In this document: positions 43,220 to 48,296 of the stretch, piece by piece
How the letters are laid out: the number at the start of each line of letters is the position of its first letter
Numbering within the stretch: position 1 is the first letter of the stretch
Source of the DNA: Catajapyx aquilonaris
Taxonomy: Eukaryota
Direction of reading: 5' to 3'
Assembly (NCBI GenBank): GCA_000934665.2
Contig: JYFJ02002962.1
Location: 1-48,296, forward strand
Length of the DNA: 48,296 nucleotides
Program-made: the position numbers and the translations under genes
Notes under the pieces: generated by a model
What the model was told of the DNA's origin: nothing
The model's database searches: none
What the model saw: only the letters and a program-made list of their open reading frames with translations

Positions 43220-44289
43220 TTTTTGACATGTTACTGAGACGCAGATATCCTTTATATCTGTCCTGTCTTAAGTGGCAGACTAGGAGTATTCATATGACCC
43301 ACATGCAATGTGAACAAGTCGAAAAAGACATTGAGGAGAGTGGCACTGGGTCATTCATGCCACACGTTACAAGTTGGAAAAAAGAGAGCTGACAGGACGT
43401 GATTGGCATGGCTTATATCTGTTGCCGCGGTCAGTGGTTCTGCAGCATGTCACTCTAAGACGTCTAAGTAGATGTGTTTTGGAGTCGACAAGTTGGAGCA
43501 CTGTCTGGGTAGTGATGTATGCAGTCCCTTACTTTCTCCAATGTAATAATACCCATGGAACCGGATAACCTCCGTGACTCAGCAGCTCAACAAGAGTGGC
43601 AGTGCGTTTACACTGTGCTGTGCATGTTGTTGTCAACAGTTCTTTTTGTACTGGTACAGGTTATGCTCTATCATGTAGTCACCTCCCCATGGAAATGCCT
43701 GTTCCCTCTTGTGACTGAGCCCTAAATAAAGTTGTATGTGTCATTTGCTCAGACTCAGTTTATGGCAAATGAATTTTAATCTGACCAATGCCCTTTCAGC
43801 ATCACAAACCTAGCTCAGGGCACTTTTTGAATGCTGCTCAATTTGTTACATGGAACGAAGTACTGTAGGAGTGTCAGGATTTCTCATGCATTATTTGGAG
43901 TATGATAATAATGTGGCAGGGTATTTTATCATCCACACTGCTAATATGGTGTGGCAACACATGGTGGAAACCTTGAGAACAAGCCTGTTGTGAGGATATC
44001 CCAATTCTTCAGAATTGCTTTCTCTGTAACATTTCTGTGTAGTCTACACTCCACATGCATCAGAAACATTATGCACACTGTATAGAAGCACAGCCAGCAT
44101 TAATTTGAAATGTTTGCAACTTGCAATTTGTGTAACATTGGGCCCTTAAATATTGCAGTTACACCTCAGTAATAACCTGTAGAATTCTGTAGAAAAAAAT
44201 CATTGCATTTGTGGTAGCATTATTGATTTCCATACAGTATTATACCAGATTATACCCATGTCTGCCAATGTCATTTTAACTGCACATAA

Positions 44290-44657
44290 TTTTTAAAATT
44301 AATTAATTAATTAATTTTACCCCGTGATGTCCCTTACGGGAGCTATAGGGGGGTGGCATACCACCATCAGTTTTCTATATATTTTCACTTCATTCTCCGT
44401 TGCAAGGAAACAGGGACAATGGGAAAGGATAGGGATTTGGGGAGGGAACATGGGTGCAAGGTGCAATGTTGTAGCTATGGTGCTATGGGTCATGTGCTGT
44501 TCCCCAGGAGGTTAGGTTGCCAGACACCTCCTTGGTGCAGGTCCGAGACCCTCCTGACGCAGGTGAAAGGAAAGTTCCCCAGGTGGGGATCGAACCTGGG
44601 GTCTTTCAGCAAGCCGAGACATTACCATCTCGCCGATCTCGGCCACCACACCTCCCC
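44290..44657 (-). mobile_element. tRNA-derived SINE, family B
   Basis: 17-bp TSD atttt(a/g)actgcacataa at 44273-44289 and 44658-44674; B box GGTTCGATCCC. Confidence 0.9.
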
Positions 44658-45711
44658 ATTTTGACTGCACATAAGCTATGGCTGCAAGCAAAAAGATGGG
44701 GAAGGACCATGGTAAGGGGCTCAGAGTTCACTAGAGAACAGTTAACGGTACTTTTCCGTTCGCTGATACCCACTATACTTATATGCACATTTTCTGGAAC
44801 AGGCCTACCCTTTGTTATAGTCAACAATCCCACCTTTCACATTTTCATGGAGTGAACAGTGTCAACAATGACTGCATCTCCATGGAGTAACAATAAAGGA
44901 TAAGCATGTTCCAGAAAATGTGCATAGTGGGTATCAGCAAACGGAAAAGTACCCAGTTTACATATTCTAGGTGTATTTGAAATGTACTGGGGATGACTAC
45001 TTTTACAATGAATTTGTTGGAGCCTCTGACCTTTGGCTGTTCACATACTTTTCTTCGCAGCTGTACCTTGTACATTGTTATATGACTGACCAGCAAGGCA
45101 CTCAACAAGCACTGTTGGAGGTGTGGTTTGCACTTGAAAGTAACCTATTGTTTCAGAAACAATTGGAGTGAGGGTAGTATGTGGTATTGTGTAATGTTGA
45201 ACAAAATTCAAGTTACTGTAATTACATTATTTTAGTTATGTAATGTAGTGCCTCTTGCATGGCACTTTCAAGCATTTGGACCCATTTTGACTTTAACAAA
45301 TCTGTGTGCTGCATCCATTGCCCTGCTCTGTTGCCACTAAATGTGAAACAGCCTTTAGAACAGTTCCGGCCAAAGAGTTCTGCAATAATAACTAGAGAAA
45401 TTACTCTGGGTGAAATGTGAGGCAGGATACAATATGAACCGAGTAAAGATGGTGGACCGTGGACGCCTCACATTCTTGGACTAATTGTTGTCCCAGTTGC
45501 TAGTTCCATGGAGATGCCATCGCATAGCAGAAGTAGTAAACAGTGCTAAGTTAACAATGCGCTTGACCCAAGTAAAGATGGCAGCCTACCTCAGCTGGGA
45601 AAATGGGAAATGACAGAGGGAATCATTTCTCGAGAATAGATATATAATTATATAGGGCGAAGAGAAACTCACACCCAATCGCCAGGTAGACTGATAGTAC
45701 TCGCAAAACTA

Positions 45712-45716
<5 letters not shown>

Positions 45717-45769
<53 letters not shown>

Positions 45770-46079
45770 TAGAAGAAGAAGAAGAAGAAGAAGAATTTAT
45801 ACCCCGTTATCAGCCTTTTTCGGCTCTTTAGGGGGGGAAGTTTTCTTTTGCCTGGAACTCTTTGCTTTCATTTTATTGCACTTTCTGGGATGTGATAGGG
45901 ACGGAAGGAAGCGGCTGTGGCCTGTTAATTGCGGAAACAACTCCGGAATTTTCCTGGAAGGACCGTGGGAAACCACAGAAAACCACGGTCAGAGTTGCCG
46001 GCCCCGGGATTTGATCCCAGGACCTCCCGATTAGCACAGTCGGACACCGTATCCCCTACTCCAAACTGCTTCGGTAGGC
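45717..46079 (-). mobile_element. SINE with (TTC)n(TTA)n tail, nested
   Basis: 19-bp TSD tactcgcaaaactaatata at 45698-45716 and 46080-46098; degenerate B box; core ggaaggaagcggctgtggcc...aaaccac. Confidence 0.88.
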
Positions 46080-46155
46080 TACTCGCAAAACTAATATAGG
46101 GATATGCAATTAGTTTTGGGCACCTTAGCGTAGTTAATACGTACAGCGCCTTTAA

Positions 46156-46571
46156 AGGGACACTCCACTCAAAATACAAGTTGGCCCCCAAAAATCGGGA
46201 AAAAAATCCTGATTCCGAATGTGCAATCGGTTTTTTTCTACGCCCAACGGTAACACGGAAAATCATATATCTACACACGTCGTCTGCTAAGAAGGGCGAT
46301 ACAACAGCATCTCGCGGCAAGCCGGAGAAGTAGAGAATGTGCTCAACAAACAATTGCCGCGCCAGGATGCATTCTCTAGTTCCGCCCTGTTCCACTCTGG
46401 TGGCGTCGCCACCTGCGCCCACCTGCCCCGCGCGCGGTTTTCGAACGACCCACTTCCAGCTTTCACACTGGCCTTACCGTTCGTCTCTAAGAAAAACTGC
46501 TTATACCCTCAGAATCAGGATTTTTTGCCCGATTTTTAGAACCCAACTTGTATTTTGAGTGGAGTGCCCCT
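46156..46571. mobile_element. Kolobok-like MITE with TTAA TSD and AGG...CCT ends, nested
   Basis: TTAA|agggacactccactcaaaatacaagttgg ... ccaacttgtattttgagtggagtgcccct|TTAA, TIR about 60 bp. Confidence 0.85.
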
Positions 46572-46912
46572 TTAAAGTGTAGAGGGCCAGGTGGTAAAAT
46601 ATGAGGTAAAAATGACAAAGTGCACTGGTGTCGCACCCCGATTCTTACTCTGATCAGTCTGATGGCATTTGATCGCCTATTGCACATGGATGATGCGTTA
46701 AGGGACCACGGCCAGATTATGTGGAGGCCCTCGAGCTGGCTTTTGCTTAGCTTTGAAACTGGCAGAGAAGATGTGACGTCACGAAACTACGCTACAGTGC
46801 CCAAAACTAATTGCATATCCCTATATTAGTTTTGCGAGAAGGGGAGATCGGGGTCGGTTGTAACACTTTTTAGTCTGGATTTTATAATTTACATAATTAC
46901 AATAATTAATTC

Positions 46913-46972
<60 letters not shown>

Positions 46973-47188
46973 TTAATAATTACGACATCGTGGAAATAAG
47001 GTAACATTCCTCTTATGTAAAAAAAATTGATAGATTTATAAATATTTTTCCAAAACCAGGCAGAGTGTTACAACCGACCCCATCATAGGGGCGGTTGTAA
47101 CCGAGGTCGGGGTCGATTGTAATACTATGTCTTAAATGGTAAATGTAATATGGAAGAACAGTTTACACCCCAAGGGTGTACTCACTTC

Positions 47189-47282
47189 GGTACTCCGGTA
47201 TACACCTGCCGTGGTACTCTTTGGTACTCTTCGGTACTCCTTAGGTACTCCTTGGTACTCCCAGGTCCCAGGTACTCCTTGG
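47189..47282. repeat. Degenerate 10-11-bp minisatellite (GGTACTCYTT)
   Basis: Seven GGTACTC cores, mostly 10-11 bp apart. Confidence 0.85.
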
Positions 47283-48020
47283 CGCTCCCAGACAATAAAC
47301 AAATATGCTCGAAACTTCAGGAGCTTTTCCCTCTCGTTTCGGGCTTCCAATCCCAAGCTTGGGATCCGAGTATGAGCTGCTTAGGCAGTATATGCAAGGC
47401 CACTCTGCTTTACATCAGTTGCGAACAAGTGTTCGCGGGAGAGTATCTCATGAATGCCCTGTACATCTTCCACGTTTATATTCATATATTTTAAACTGTT
47501 TTTCTTGTCATTCAGTTACAAAAAGCTATAAGCTCTATTTTAACGATGCATTAATCTATGATCACATGTTTAATTAACCAGTATTTTTGCATAAAGAGAA
47601 GGGCGATCAAGGGAGGTTGGAGAGGGCGGAGGGTGGCAGGATGAATTCAAATGACTGAATATATATATATTTTTAAATTGTAAATTTCACTTAGACTAAT
47701 ATCTCACGAATTAGTGTAAGTTAAATGGCTTTCTGAAGCAAAATAGCAGCTTTCAATATGAAAATATCTTGCTATTTTTATACAATATATTATTGTTTTG
47801 ACGGAAATGTCTCGAATCACAATATATTGTTTTCATATTCAGGGAAGGCGGAGCGTCGCAGTCGGCAATATGTTCATCCACGGAAGTAATGGTCTCCGGA
47901 AAATCACCCCCGCTCCATTACGCAGTGCTTTCCTCGCTTGGGAAAGGTAGTTAAATAATAATCAAAAACCGCATATTTTCCCACCAAGGGGCCAAAAAAA
48001 AATGGTTTGTTATAGTTGAG

Positions 48021-48050
48021 ACTAGCAGGATACCCGGCGTTGCTCGGGTT
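48021..48050 (+). mobile_element. Possible 5' end of a Helitron-like non-autonomous element
   Basis: actagcaggatacccggcgttgctcgggt with a short hairpin; recognised from memory of arthropod elements only. Confidence 0.35.
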
Positions 48051-48296
48051 ATGAAATACTTTTCCATATAGGAGTAACTCATTGATTTGCAAGTTACCTT
48101 TGCAATAATTATGGCTATACAATGTTGGCATACCTGTAACATAGAGCATATTGCATGTGCATGAAGTCCAAGCAACACGCTGCGGATGTCAGATTGTAAT
48201 AATACCTGGCTCAGAAATGATTTACACTCTTTCTTTTTCCCGCTGAAGAAGTGGTCCTAGAAGTTCCATTATTCACCACTAGATGGAACGAGTCTT

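Larger units (their letters stand above)
45662..46838. mobile_element. Host MITE (8661 family) carrying nested insertions
   Basis: aatcgccaggtagactgatagtactc shared with 8676-8701; TIR ctcgcaaaactaatatagggatatgcaattagttttgggcac mirrored at 46797-46838. Confidence 0.85.

Noticed and set aside
47189..47282. GGTACTC repeats as a CRISPR-like array
   Set aside because: Period is 10-11 bp with no unique spacers and no cas genes, in a eukaryotic context; it is a minisatellite.

Overview
Eukaryotic genomic DNA, most likely arthropod; nothing prokaryotic (no operons, rRNA or CRISPR). The window holds one complete + strand protein-coding gene, a kuzbanian/ADAM10 metalloprotease. I reconstructed it by hand as 15 coding exons (3217-36680; all introns GT-AG and phase-consistent; 2661 nt, about 886 aa): signal peptide, prodomain, [12 protein letters not shown] zinc protease, disintegrin, Cys-rich, transmembrane and cytoplasmic tail. 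Eight introns are 55-66 nt, while intron 1 (about 20 kb) and intron 12 (about 8.2 kb) are huge. These large introns and the flanks are packed with tRNA-headed SINEs, 5'-truncated LINEs, Tc1/mariner relics and many MITE/fold-back elements, often nested and with readable target-site duplications (TSDs). The most interesting signals are in the mobilome: a near-perfect palindrome made from two 5' ends of a mariner-type transposase, a structure-conserved but sequence-variable 3' stem-loop shared by several SINE families and a LINE, a CCA-ending tRNA-like cloverleaf clamped in an outer stem, and multi-tier nests, one with its empty site visible in the window. I do not see a convincing new protein-coding system. 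Family names come from remembered motifs, not from database searches.
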